The notes under the pieces are model-generated. The model was not told where the DNA came from, searched no databases, and saw only the letters and a program-made list of their open reading frames with translations. Position numbers and translations under genes: made by a program. A stretch of 64,000 nt of DNA from Octopus bimaculoides. Its lineage: Eukaryota. Positions 41,016-54,430 of this stretch are shown in pieces. Each line of letters begins with the position of its first letter. Within the stretch, counting starts at the first letter, position 1. The stretch covers positions 65,349,991 to 65,413,990 of the forward strand of contig NC_068981.1 of assembly GCF_001194135.2 (NCBI RefSeq), read 5' to 3'.

Positions 41016-41406
41016 CTCTTTTACTCTTTTACTTGTTTCAGTCATTTGACTGCGGCCATGCTGGAGCACCACCTTTAGTCGAGCAAATCGACCCCAGGAT
41101 TTATTCTTTGGAAACCTAGTACTTATTCTATCGGTCTCTTTTGCTGAACCGCTAAGTTACGGGAACGTAAACACACCAGCATCGGTTGTCAAGTGATGTT
41201 GGGGGGACAAACACAGACACGAACATATACACACACATACATATACATACATACGACGGGCTTCTTTCAGTTTCCATCTACTAAATGCACTCACAGGGCT
41301 TTGGTCGGCCTGAGGCTATAGTTGAAGACACTTGCCCAAGGTGCCACGCAGTGGGAATGAACCCGGAACCATGTGGTTGGTAAGCAAGCTACTTACCACA
41401 CAGCCA
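41016..41406 (-). mobile_element. Full-length young SINE family A
   Basis: Near-identical to 12052-12454; (TCTTTTAC)n tail. Confidence 0.9.
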
Positions 41407-43598
41407 GTCACCAAAAATGTTCATGATTTGATGCTTTTTTTCTCGCATTTTAGTAACTCAGCTCCAAGATTACTTGATATCATAAACAATATATTTACAT
41501 ATATTCTCTCCATTTAATCACAATTTAGAGTCTTTTTAACAATTCTTTTCAAGTTGAAGGAAGTGAATCACCAGAATTGGTAACAGTGGTGGACAAAATA
41601 CCATTCAGTATTTAGTTACATCTCTGTATCTTCTGCTATGGTCAATTTATAGCTTTTATCCTTCCATGGTTGATAAAATAAATAGCAGCCTAGTACTGGG
41701 GTTGATTCAGTTGACTGTTCTCTTTCTTTGGAAATTTTGGTCTTGTAATAATACAGATAAGTGGGTAGTGAGCTGGCAGAATCATTAGCATGTCAGACAA
41801 AATGCTTTGCAGCTTTTCTTCCAGCTCTTTATTTCTGAGTTCAGATCCTGCCAAGATCAATTTTGCATTTCATCCCTTTCAGGCCAATAAAATAAAAAAT
41901 ACTTGAATTAATTAATTTACTTTACCCCTTTCCCTAAATAATTGCTGGCCTTAAACCCTGCAATGTACCAGCGTCCTATTAGGGAGAACATTATAATCTT
42001 AGTCACTTTTATGCCATGGAAACAGGGTAACCAGCCTCATGCATCTTAGGGCTTGAGAAAAAAAAATACAAAGAAAGAAAGAAAGAGACAGAATGAGAGA
42101 GAGAAAATGAGTATCTGATGGCAGATTACAGTTGTGGGGTAGATAAAATAAAAATACCATTGCAACCAAATATTAGAATTAATGTATTCAACAATATCCT
42201 CTCCCCTACCAAATTTGTGGTCTTGTACCTATATTAGAAATCAATAATTTCTACTGACCACTAGGCAAACAAAAATGTTACACATCACATGGCCACACTT
42301 TGTATGGTAATTGATTGTACTAAAACTAATATTCACTCCACAACCGTTTAAACAGCTGAAACATAAGGTACTCATTGAATATATTTTTTTTAAAATACAG
42401 TAGAATGGTAGAATAAGTCATACTAGAAGAAATAACTTTAAAGAAAAAAATAAATATGATTAGCTAAGGAAATAACTTAAATGAGCGAATTTGGATAAAT
42501 AAAGTGCAGGCATGGCACTTAACGAATTAGCTTCACAACCACATGGTTTCAGGTTCAGTCCCATTAAGTGGTACCTTGGGTCTCTTTTCCTGTAGCCCTA
42601 AGCCAACCAATTCCATGAGTGAATTTGTAGAGGAAAATTACAGGTATCTTTTGTGTGCGTGCTTATACACACACGTGCACAATTGTGAATGTGCATGAAT
42701 GCTGATGTATGGGAATGCTGATATTCTGCATTTGTTACTGCTTGAACAAAATGCTATTAATGTTGACATTCAGTGTTGACCTTATCACTCGTTCATTCAA
42801 TGCTTTTGATGAACAAAACAAAAAGATCACTTTCTTTAAAAAAATTTTTTAAGTAGCAGGTAAGAGTACGCAGCACGAATATTCAGCCCTAAAATTCTGC
42901 CTGCCTGAAATAAATACCTGTCTAACCCATGGAAAAATGAACATTAAATGAACAAATGAAGTAAAAGATAATGTGCTGAATGTTGTTTGCGAAAAAAATT
43001 TTTATTGGTCAAAATCTATATATAAAAAAAAAGTTAACAACACTTGTAAGCAATTCTCAATGTAAAAAGGGTATAATTTCATGAAGTTAAAAAAATAATT
43101 TCTAAAAGTTAATTTATATGTTTGTGGGTGGGGATAGTTTGCTCTTTGTTTGCAGGCAAGGGTTGTGTATGGGCATGTTTTGGTGTATTATACCTCATCA
43201 GTATAGTATACCCATACTAGCATGGAAGACGGATATTGAATGAAGAAAAAGAGACTGTTCATTATTACTTGATCAGTTGACAAAGATTTTGACATACAAT
43301 AAAAGAGTTACAAATAGTTTTGGTCTATATAATATGCAGAATTATAAAGGAAAAAAAAATTAGTTATGTACTTTTCATGTCAACTTTGTTTTTTTTGCTT
43401 CCTGAGGCAATGAAATAATTACCAGTTAAGATGATTTAATCAACTGTGTCCTTCTCCATCATCATATTTATGGGTGTGCCTATGTTAAAAATTGTTTAAT
43501 ATATAACAGGAATTTTTTTTTTTAAATAAATTTTTTTGGGAAAAATTGAACAGAAAATAACTATGTATTCTCTGCCTCTCTCTCTCTCTCTCTCTTTT

Positions 43599-43630
<32 letters not shown>

Positions 43631-45008
43631 AGTGATCTCTCTTTTAAACTTGCCCAATTTTTGCCTTTTATTAGCTAATCCAAATTATTGCACTCATCTC
43701 TTTCTTTCCAAAATCACAACCACAACTATGTCAAATGACTACCACCAGCCCTGTCTCACAATCACAACCACCACTACTACAACTGTCTCACCTCCCAAAT
43801 TTATAATATCACTTTTCAGTTATTTTTCACTAGATACCTCCCCGCTCAAAACATGTATATTTATTCAAGCACTAAACCTTACAGGACTAGTTGCATAGAA
43901 ACTGTTTATTCTAAATGATAATCTGCATCTCTTTTTCTTCTGTTCTCACCTTCACATTTTCCCCTTATGTCTCCTTCTTTCTCTTTTATATTCCTCTTCT
44001 GATCTCAATAAATTACCTGTTGAGATTAAACATATGTTTAGTTTTATTTGAAAAGAAAGTCATCAGTAAGCTGTCATTATCAGATAACAGATGTTACACT
44101 TTGGCCCATGCATTCTCACAGTTGCTGTCAGTTTATAATAGCCATTTGAATTCAAGAGTGTGTAAACATACTTCAATCTTAGCTGTAAAGATTGCTTTCA
44201 GGCTCAAACCCAAATTAATGAAAGCATGAAATCAGGAAGCAGCCTATCATGATTTTGAATCTCATTAGACTCTCTGCAATCCTATTTCAATAACAACATG
44301 CTCACTGAATCAGACCAAAAGTCTTGAAGCCTTGTAAACATTTTGCTGTTTTTCTTTTACTGGTTTCAGTTGCTGGACTGTGGTCATGCTGGGGCATGAC
44401 TTGTAAGGTTGTTTTTTTTTTTAATTCAGTTATATCGACCCCCAGTACTTGTGATTTGCTATTTATTTTATTGAATCTTGTTTTGTCTGCCTGCTAAATT
44501 AGGTGACACCAGTTTTTAGATCAATGTTAACACACACACTGTGCTTATGCATAGTTTTGTTCTGCTGAATTCCACTCAAGATATTGATCAACCCTATAGC
44601 ATATAATAGAATACAGTTGCACAAAGTGACATCAAACTGACAACTGTCTATGTAACCCAAATGAGCATTAATTGAAACAAAAATAAATTCCATTTAGCTA
44701 AATGGTCATAACTTTCCTGACCAATAAGAGAATCTCACCACAGTCATTTCATCTGTTAGAAATACCAGCCAAATCTCACTCAGATCAAAATTGGATAGTC
44801 TTACTAGACAATATAGTCTTAGATATGCAATATGATGATATGGTGATGACTGGAACATTTTTGATGCTAGATCTGGTCATTCAGGACTGATTGGGGCTAA
44901 ACACCAATCATAATTACTACTTTCTGTATGTTACAGAATGTTTGTTTAGCTTTTTTATTTATCATTTTTTAATTGTATATATTTTTTATAGTATTTTATT
45001 TTTCTCAG

Positions 45009-45091
45009 TACTGGGAGCACTTGACAAGTAGATTTGAAGGCATTCTAGGGAGTCTTACTAGTCTGCTTCCTCACCACATGCTTGCTTTAAC
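45009..45091 (+). CDS. Internal coding exon B: YWEHLTSRFEGILGSLTSLLPHHMLAL(T)
   Basis: Very long T-rich acceptor ending ttttatttttctcag|; donor AC|gtaggt; open phase 0 to 2; in frame with exon A. Confidence 0.5.
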
Positions 45092-45613
45092 GTAGGTTTT
45101 ATCCTAGAACATATCAACACAGCAAGACTAATTATGTTTACATACACATAATTAGATCATGTAATATGCTGTCTGATGGGAAAGTAGTATTATTAATGTT
45201 AAGTTACAACCCAAAGAAGAGACAGGTGAGTGGCAGTGGTGGTGGGGAATAGTTAGTTATCACTTGCAGGTAAAGACACAATGTTAACACAAATAACCTA
45301 TAGGAATTTCAAAAATAAACTAACAAAAAAGGAAAAAAAAAAAGAAAGCAAAAACTGTTAATCATTTTATCAATCCCCTGAATCAGTAGTTCTGACTATT
45401 AATTTTGTTTTCAATCAGTTAGAGCCTGAGAGACAGATCTTCTGTTGGAAATTATACTAGTTTGTTGCAAGCAACTTTCCTAGAAAATCTTTATTTATTT
45501 CCAACAGTATTACTTTTCTTGGAATTTTCAGCAGTTCCTCAATAACCTTATTATTTTCAAAATATGATATAATAATAAAAGGAGGTTCACTTTCATATAT
45601 AGTTCACTCTCTT

Positions 45614-45869
45614 GTGGAGGCACATCGCTCAGTGGTTAGGGTGTTGGACTCGTGATCGTAGGATTGTGATTTCGATTCCTGGACCAGGCAATGTGTTATG
45701 TCCTTGAGTGAAGCACTTCATTTCACATTGCTCCAGTCCACTCAGCTGGCAAAAATGAGTGATTCTGTGATGGACGGGCATCCCATCCAGGTGGGAAATA
45801 TATATGCTATGGAAACCAGAAAACCAACTCTCATGAGTCAGTATGAACCAAGAGGGAAACTATGCCATT
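45614..45869 (+). mobile_element. tRNA-derived SINE family E
   Basis: Head like family C; body CTCCAGTCCACTCAGCTGG..GTGATGGACGGGCATCCCATCCAGG; perfect 11-bp TSD TTCACTCTCTT (45603-45613, 45870-45880). Confidence 0.9.
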
Positions 45870-46584
45870 TTCACTCTCTTCATAGACTGTGCATTGACAA
45901 AATAGTTAAATTGTTGTGTAGAATTTGCTTGCTGTATTCGTGTTCCCAGCTCAAATCTTGAAGTCATCATTAATTTTCATCATTTTGAGGTCAACAAATA
46001 AAGTACCAATATTCTCCTTGATTTTTCTTTTTTGTTTCTATTCCTCACTGGTTGCTACCTATAGTTTAAAGGTCCTGCTTTGTCAATTGGTGTCATACTG
46101 AAGTTGACTTAAGAATTGCATTAAGGGTAGATGTATATATGGAATAACCAACCACTAACACATTGATTTCATGATTAGAAATTCTATTGGTCCGACAACT
46201 AAATACACATCATTGAAACTGATGGAGGTTTGACTGCAGTAGTCATTTCTGTTGTAACTCTTCTGCAAAAACTTGCCTGTAGCATAAGGGAAACCATTAA
46301 ACAAACTCAAAAGTACTTTCATTAATTCAACTGAAAGCATTTATTTTTTAAAATTTTTGCAAGGCAGAGTCTCTTATATTTTTATTGACAAATATACATG
46401 ACAAAAATGTATATAAAATCCATGCTAAAACAGTTAACAGTAAGATAAAATGTTTTGTGCAAAATGCAGCAGAACATAATTTCATTTGTACTTTGTTCTC
46501 CAATATTTGTAAGTTGGAATCAAGCAGAACCTGCTCTATATTCAGTTCATATATTACCACACATGCACGCATGCACACGCGCAC

Positions 46585-46950
46585 ACGGGTGTGTGGTTAA
46601 GATACTTATTTTCCAACCATGTGGTACCATGTTCAGTCCCATTCACAGCACCTTGAGCAAATGTCTTCTACTACAGCCCTGAGCTGACCTGAGCCATGTG
46701 AGTGGATTTGGTAGATGGAATATATAAGAAACCTATCGTGTGTGTGTGTGTGTGTGTCCTTTTCTTGTTGTAAATGAGCATCACCTTCATAGAGACAGTG
46801 TCATTTGTTTCCAATTTTCCATGTAAATTATATTTAGCTATGGATGAAATATTACTTTGCTTGGAAACAGGCAAGGGTTGACAATAGGAAGAGCATCCAG
46901 CCATAGAAATTCTACCTCACCTATGCAAGTATGGAAGAGTGAAGGTTAAG
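46585..46950 (+). mobile_element. Family A head plus RTE-like 3' tail composite SINE; further family A copies at ~46985-47225 and ~47935-48260
   Basis: Head, (TG)n, then ..TTACTTTGCTTGGAAACAGGCAAGGGTTGACAATAGGAAGAGCATCCAGCC..GCAAGTATGGAAG. Confidence 0.75.
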
Positions 46951-47371
46951 ATAATGTGTGTGTGTGTAAATTATCTTACCATACAGAAATAGCTGTGTAA
47001 TAAGAAGCTTGTTTCTCAGCCACATGGTTCCCCGTTCAGTCCCACTGTGTGGCACTTTGGGCAAGTATTTTCTACTGCAGCCTCTGGCTGACCAAAATCG
47101 TGTGAGTGGATTTGGTAGACAGAAACTGAAAGAAGCCTGTCGTATATAAATGTGGGTGTATGTGTGTCCACCCCCCACCGCCACCACTTGACAACGGGTG
47201 TTGGTGTGTTTATGACCCCATCCCTTTTACACAATACTGTTTTTCAAAGCAGGAGGACTAGACACTTTAAAACTACTTGACTTCACCTTTAACAGGGTAA
47301 CTGTCAACTTGACCCTAGTTCATCTGTGTGTGTGTGTGTGTAGAATTTCCTCAAATCTGATTCCTCTTCAG

Positions 47372-47409
47372 TTCACCAAAGCATTGTGAATGTCTACTTG
47401 TTGAAAAAG
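47372..47409 (+). CDS. Weak candidate bridging exon (T)SPKHCECLLVEK(G); alternative candidate 57001-57026 (T)ILVDKIKC(S)
   Basis: Each has AG/GT and a phase 2 to 1 frame that would connect exon B to exon C. I cannot choose between them. Confidence 0.2.
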
Positions 47410-49304
47410 GTTAAATAAATTCTTAATTAATTTCACCAAGGTCATATGACACCACTCAATCACTAGTCCCCTTCCATACACACCTACCTTTTATTTTTCT
47501 TAAAGTAATTAGATATTTCTCTGATGTACTTAGTAGTAGCAGTGTTTGAAGTTAGGACACTGAGGTCAGTAATTCAGTGTCTGAAGCTTAAAGCAAAAAT
47601 AAATGTAGAATTAAAGAAAGCTACACTGATTCCAGCTGTTGCATTTCATCTATTTTGCAGATAAGGAAAAGATAAGCTGCTAAGAAAACATGTGACTGTG
47701 TTCCAGTTATTGCTGAGGTTTAGTTACAAATGGTACATTTCAGGAAGATCTATGATTGAAGACATTCTAGTCATGACCATCCAACTTTTTCTTAGATTAT
47801 AGTTATCTATGATACATTTAGCTAATGTATCCTTTATTTTATTTTATTTTATTTTATTTTATTTTCCTAATGATAGCATATGATTTGATGGAGATTTACC
47901 CCTTTGGTAGTTTTGAATCTTTGATGTATAGGTGCAGGTGTGACTGTGTAGGTAAGGAGCTTGCTCCCTGACCTTTGGTTCAGTCCCACTGCATGGCATC
48001 TTGGACTAGTGTCTTCTGCTATAGCCCGGACCCAATCAAAGCATTGTAAGTATAGACATCATGTGATGGTCGTAAGTGAGCATCATAATCATATGTGAGG
48101 TTATTCCTTTTCAGTCTTCAGTGAAAAACATGTCTGGTCATAGGAAGATATTAACTAGCTTGGACACAGATGAGGATTAGTGATAGGAAGGGTATCCGGC
48201 TGCAAAAAAAATCTCCATCAGCAAATTCTGCCTGACCTATGCAAGCATGGTCATTAAATGGTCATCGTGTATATGTGTTTGCTCATTTCTCTTCAAGCTG
48301 ATAATGTTCCCATCCCTTCCCCTCGAAATAAAATGGTATAAATGTAACCATTGCCACTCTGATAATAAATAAAGCACTTTAATGCCTAGATAATATATAT
48401 ATATATATATATATGTGTGTATATATATATATTTCATCTATTTCTAATTAAGAAATTTGTTTACTAGAGCTTAAGCTAAAAATGAAATTAATACCATAGA
48501 TTAAATTTTCCCTCTTCCCTCTTGGTATTGTTTTAGCTGAATAGGTTATGGTGACATCTCCCATTAACATATTATGATAAATAAACTTGCTTGGAATATC
48601 ATTTTCCCTGCTCAATCAAAGGCTGGAAATATGTTTAGATATTATATTAACCAACAGAAACCTGAGTGTGTTTATAAAAGCGGGGGGGAAAAAAAGGTAT
48701 TTTCTAAAAAAGTTAATTCTAAATTCCCTTAAAAAGATACACATCCATAAACAAGCTTATTTAAGTTTGAGTGTGCAGTTCATACTTGAAAGTGTATTTG
48801 CACACAGGAAAAAGACTTTCCCATCTCTAATCAACTATGTACAGGCACATGTATATCTGTGTGCATATGTACACATGCATGCATGCACATACACACAAGC
48901 TTCTCCAACAATTGTTAATGAATATTCAGATGCCTTTCTGAACATAAACCTTCAGAAATACACATTTACATAAAACGAAACACACACACACACAAACTGT
49001 TTTCAAACATGTACAGTCACTTACATTCTGCTTAAGAGACTTTTGTTTACACACACACACACACACACACACACATATCTTATTATTATTATTATTTTGT
49101 ACAATTTCTTTTTTAAATTTATATCTTTTAATTACAATATAATATACTTAATTGAATGTTTGTTTGTAATATGTCTTGTAGCAGTCTTTTGTCATAAGCC
49201 ATAAATGTGTATGTAGTGTGTATGTGCACATATGTGTGTGAGGGTGGAGAGAGAGAGTGAGGGAGCTTTACCACCAGTCATTTTACTGTTCCTCTCTCTC
49301 TCTT

Positions 49305-49354
<50 letters not shown>

Positions 49355-51725
49355 CTCCCCTCTTAGTTCTCTAATTTTCTGTCTGCTTGGCAAAAAATGT
49401 TTTAATATCAGCAAAAATAACATTTAAAAAAAAATAATTTTATCAATAAATGAAATTGTGAGTGATAATTTTTCTCTTTATGATGGTTGTGACAGTGGTG
49501 GTTGGGTTGGGAGACACTGAACAGAGATCTTGTAATGTCATGATGTAGAGGAAAATAGTTTAAATAATCACCGTGAAAGCTTACTTTGATATTTAAATCA
49601 GCTCTTAGTGTATGTGTGCGTGTTGCGTTGTATGTGTGCGTGTTGCGTTGTATGTGTGCGTGTTGTGTTGTATGTGTGTATGCATCTCTGTGTGTATTTA
49701 TGCATGCAAACTTACTTATATATGAGTAATTCTGTTTTAAATTCAAATGAGTGTGTGTGTATGTACGTACATACATAAAACATATGACTAATTTTGCTGT
49801 TCTGAATAAATTTACTGACTGTTTGTATTTCAGTCAGGATGAAGTATTTTCCAAAGAAGGCAGAGGTTATATCTGAAAAGGATATTTGTAACTGAATTCT
49901 TAACCCTTTCCTCCCCCATTTTATATATAATATAATATAATGTAATGTAATGTTTGTGTGTAAAATATCCAAATGGATGTCTGATTTTCAAATACATAAA
50001 ACAATAAGGAACAGAAGAGATATGGACTCCAAAGGCTACATGCCTAAATAGTGTAAAAAAACAAAAAACAAATGTAGATTCTGCAAGCTATAATAAAGGT
50101 AAGCTGTCTTAGAGAACAGTAACTCTAAATAAAAACTGATACATTACACAGAGGAGAACTCCTTAGTCCTGCTCTTGTGCTGGTAAAATGATAAAATATA
50201 TGGCCATCTCTGTTGATGGTAAAGGTCTGTGACAAGTGGTGAGACACTGTGAATCTTGTGCAGCCCATATCAGCATGGAATAGCAGGTGTGAAAAGATGA
50301 GGATGAATACACTTAACTCATTCTTCTCACAGGTGTGTATTTAGCAGTTTTATGTTTGCAAAAGCCATTGAAATGTTTATACATGTATATGTACCATTAT
50401 GTAGTAATTCAGAGAATGGTGCCTTGAAAGGGGTTCCCTGTTGTCTTCTCTAGGTTCAGCAAAGGATTTTAGCTTAGCACTGTATGATAAGACATTTGTC
50501 AAGTATACACTTCTTTCCTAGATTGCTTATTCCAGTAAGTTCCACTGCCCATGGTACATATTTAGATGAGATTGGACTGGGCTATTAAAACTTACTGTGC
50601 AATACCTGAGTCAAGATTTGAATATAAACTCCTCCAGCTGTTAGACAAACACCTTAATAATTTGATGGTCTTCATTGAATGCTGTGGCTTCATTGAATGG
50701 TTGTGTGGTTAAGAAGTTTGCTTTGCAATAATCAATCATAGAGTTCTGGGTTTGATCTCATTGCTTTGCACTTTGGGCAAGTATTCTATTATATGCTTGG
50801 GGTAATGCAGACCTCTTGAGTAAAACTGGATAGATGCATGTTGTGCAGAAGCCTGTTGCATGGGCCTTAATTGTTCTTATGTCATAGACACAACCCTTTG
50901 CTTGTTTCACTTCACAACTTCACCCTGAGTATCTTTTGCTGAATTTATTTTGTTGCAAACATTGAGACCAGGTATTTGATATGAGTATACCTGCACTGCT
51001 CTCTAGTGAGTTGTATTTTCTTCCTTCCTTTCCCATACTATTTTCGGAGGTCCTGCAAATGTCAAAGGTACTGCCCTTTCTGTTCTAAGTTATGCAATTT
51101 TTATCTACCATAGAGAAAGTTTACTATTTTTTTGATTCTTGATTTGGCTCTCTGGGACCATATCTAACCTATTTGTTATAATCTTGATATCCTCATTTTC
51201 TATAAAATTCAACATGTTTATCTCCAAATGTTGCGGTATGTATGTTATGTATGTGTGACTGCCTCAAGAATATTAAGAGGTTGTGAGTAGGTATAATGTA
51301 ATTTAACTCAAACTGATCACCATGTAAACTAGTAACAAAAATATTCACTAGACATAATTGTATAAGTTTGTTTGGTATATTTTAAATAGATCATAAATGT
51401 CTATTACTTTGAAATTAAATTGTTCTTGATATTAAACATTATAAGAACCAATTTCAGATGGAGAAACTGGTTGAAAATCTGCATCTGCTGCTGCCTGCTG
51501 TTAGTATTCAAGCCAGTGATCAAGACTGTATATGATTGCTCTATTTGCAAGAAATACCAACCAAATTTCCTTAAGATTACACTATCATTTAAGAAAAACA
51601 GGTCATGTATCCAGAACACTATATATAAAAAAATAGATGGGATTGTTATAGCAGGAAGACCTTTAGTCAAAGCTCTGTTTTAATCTGAGCTTGTCTGGGC
51701 TAAACAAGTACTAATATTACAATCA

Positions 51726-51945
51726 CTGTGAAGGCGGCAAACTGGCAGAAACTTTACTGCACTGGGAAAAGTTTTTTATGGCATTTCTTCCAACTTTACA
51801 TTCTGAGTTCAAATGCTGCCACAGTCAACTTTGCCTTTCATCCTTTCAGGGCTGATAATATAAAGTACTAGTTGAACACCGGAGTCAATGTAATTGATTT
51901 ATCCTCTTCTCTGAAACTGTGGGTCTTGTACTAAAATTTGAAATC
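51726..51945 (+). mobile_element. SINE family M copy
   Basis: Perfect 13-bp TSD AATATTACAATCA (51713-51725, 51946-51958); family M core present. Confidence 0.85.
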
Positions 51946-54179
51946 AATATTACAATCAATGGTTCTAAAAGAAAAATCTCATTACCACCATCATTAGTGA
52001 GTCAACAAGAGAGCTTATATAGAGTCACTCAACAGGCTACAAATCTCCCACATTAAATAATTTAGTCTTAGATATACAGTGTGTGAAAAGGCAGGACTAT
52101 CATGGTTAGAATGTCTGCTGGAGCTGACCTAGCAGAGCTAAACAACAACAACACTATCATTACCATTTCTATTGCTATTACTGTCAGTTCACTAGATTTG
52201 TGGTGACAGCAAATCTCCTTTAATTACCGGTACTTTTTCTACTGCTAATGCTGCAATCTGACAGATACTGAGGAGTGCAAGGTTAAATATAGTATTTCAT
52301 TGTTACCCTATATTCTGGGGTCATGCCTTCTCCAACATCATTATGACTTTTCCACTCTTCTATGTAAAATGTTTGTGAGATAAGAAGCAATAGTAAATAA
52401 AGTCATTTAGTCTTGAGCCCTGTCAAAAGAAATGACTCTTGCTGTTCTTATTCTCCTGATAATCAATTGAACCTGATACCTGTTTCCTAGCCTTGTTTAA
52501 AACTATCATTTTATTTCACTGTCAGAGAATGGTAAAAAAAAAAAAAAATCCTCATTCTTTAAGCTTTAATCAAACTAACAAAAGAGCATCTAGGTGATCA
52601 CTCAATCTTCTAGAAATAGCTACCAAATCATTCTCAGATCACATCCTACTGTTTTAAAAAAAGAACACCTAAGATAATGTAATCCTAGATAAATGGTCTG
52701 AAAAAAAAATAAAAAGAATAGTATGGTCATGTAAGGAAAACTTTTTATTATAGATTTACTCACTTAGAACCAACCTTAGTATAATCAAGTATTAAACCTC
52801 AATTGCTAATATTTGTATTGTTTTAAATAAACATATCTTCATGTATTTAACCATTGTAATCATTCTACCAGAAACCCCCACCAAATGTTTACTGTTTCAA
52901 TTGATTTCATTTTACTTTTTTTTCTTTTCATTCTTGTGCTATAGCTGAATAAGATTGTGGACCCCAGCTCCAAGTTATATTAACTAAAACCCATGTTTTT
53001 GTGTCTGTAGACAAAATACATTGATTTACCTCACCTATTAGGTTTTTATGCATAAATTGCTGACTAGATTGTAAGAATGTCTCTAAGTTATAAAAATGTA
53101 CATTGTATGTTAACAATTTTTCTGTTTTGTTATATTACATCATTTTCCCTGTGAGATCTTTTAAGTGGAACAACTATTTTTATACAGTTGGATGCCTTTC
53201 CTGCTGCTAACTATTCAACTGTAAAGTAGAAATGAAATGTGTTCTTTTATGACTAGAGCAAGTGGAGTTATATGATTTGATCCAGGGCTCAACATAAGGG
53301 TGCAGTAACATTTGAACTTTTTAAAAACATAAAAAGGGTAAGAGCTAATAAGGGTGCAATCTAGAATGAGAGCTAGAACATTGGATAGTCTCTGGTATAC
53401 ATAAAGGACAGTCACAGCGGGAACACATATGAGTATAGATCTGCTCAGAGTTGACTTGAAGCTAAACAACAGCAACATTAAATGAACAATTGTCCTTACA
53501 TTGTAATATATTTCTGACACTATCTGGTCTTGTCTTAATTACTGTAATAAGGCATTTTAAAATTAAATAAAAAAAGAAAAACTATTTTATTTTCAAACAA
53601 TAGTATGAAGGAAAAATTTTAAGTGAAAGGTATCAACCATATCAAATGACCAGATAGATATTTTGTATAAAAGCTTTCTGTTCATAATCTCCAACCAGAC
53701 TAACCTTAGAAGATTTGTTCATGGTTTATATATTTTTGATACACTTCATGACTGTATGCTATTGTCATTTATTACTACATAAATTGGAAGCCCCCTAACC
53801 TCTCTAAAACTGACACGATAATTGGTCAGTTATAACAATGATTGTTATTTTTGTACATATTACGCAGACATTTTGTCTGTTATATTTTTTCATCAAAACA
53901 GAGAAAAAAAGTCCCCTCATTGATAATCAGCCTTGACATTTAGTTTTTTTTTTTTTTTTTTTTTTTNNNNNNNNNNNNNNNNNNNNNNNNNNNNNNNNNN
54001 NNNNNNNNNNNNNNNNNNNNNNNNNNTCCCTAAATAAATATTTAAAAGTAGTTTTGTCTATCTAATATAAGTTAGGTCAGGTCAGTATCATTCCATTCAC
54101 ATGTTATTTGAACATCATGTAGGGAGGGCGAAATGTGATTTATGGAGCCTGACTCCAATGCCTTTATGCCATCAAAGAT

Positions 54180-54430
54180 AATCCTTTTGTGCCGATGCTG
54201 TCAATGAAATGCACTGCATATATTTTTCAATTAATTTTGAAAATAATGAAGAATTTGAAAAAAATTGATAATGTAACATTTTTCTTAATAAGTTAAGGTT
54301 TGTAACATATCTTAAAAGGTTATTACACAAAAACTATAATGGGAAAGTTATAATTTCAACCTGATCTCTTTAAAGTGAGCATTCTGTATAAGAGAAAAAG
54401 CCTCAACTGGGTTGATTGCTAAAGAGTTAA
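54180..54430. mobile_element. Decayed piggyBac-like MITE; related partial copies probably at ~39730-39880 and ~40610-40720
   Basis: Right end GCTAAAGAG-TTAA resembles the 12962 MITE terminus; left end degenerate. Confidence 0.4.

Noticed and set aside
43915-44330. 104-aa + strand ORF
   Set aside because: Low-complexity start, and the remainder looks like decayed LINE sequence; no splice support.
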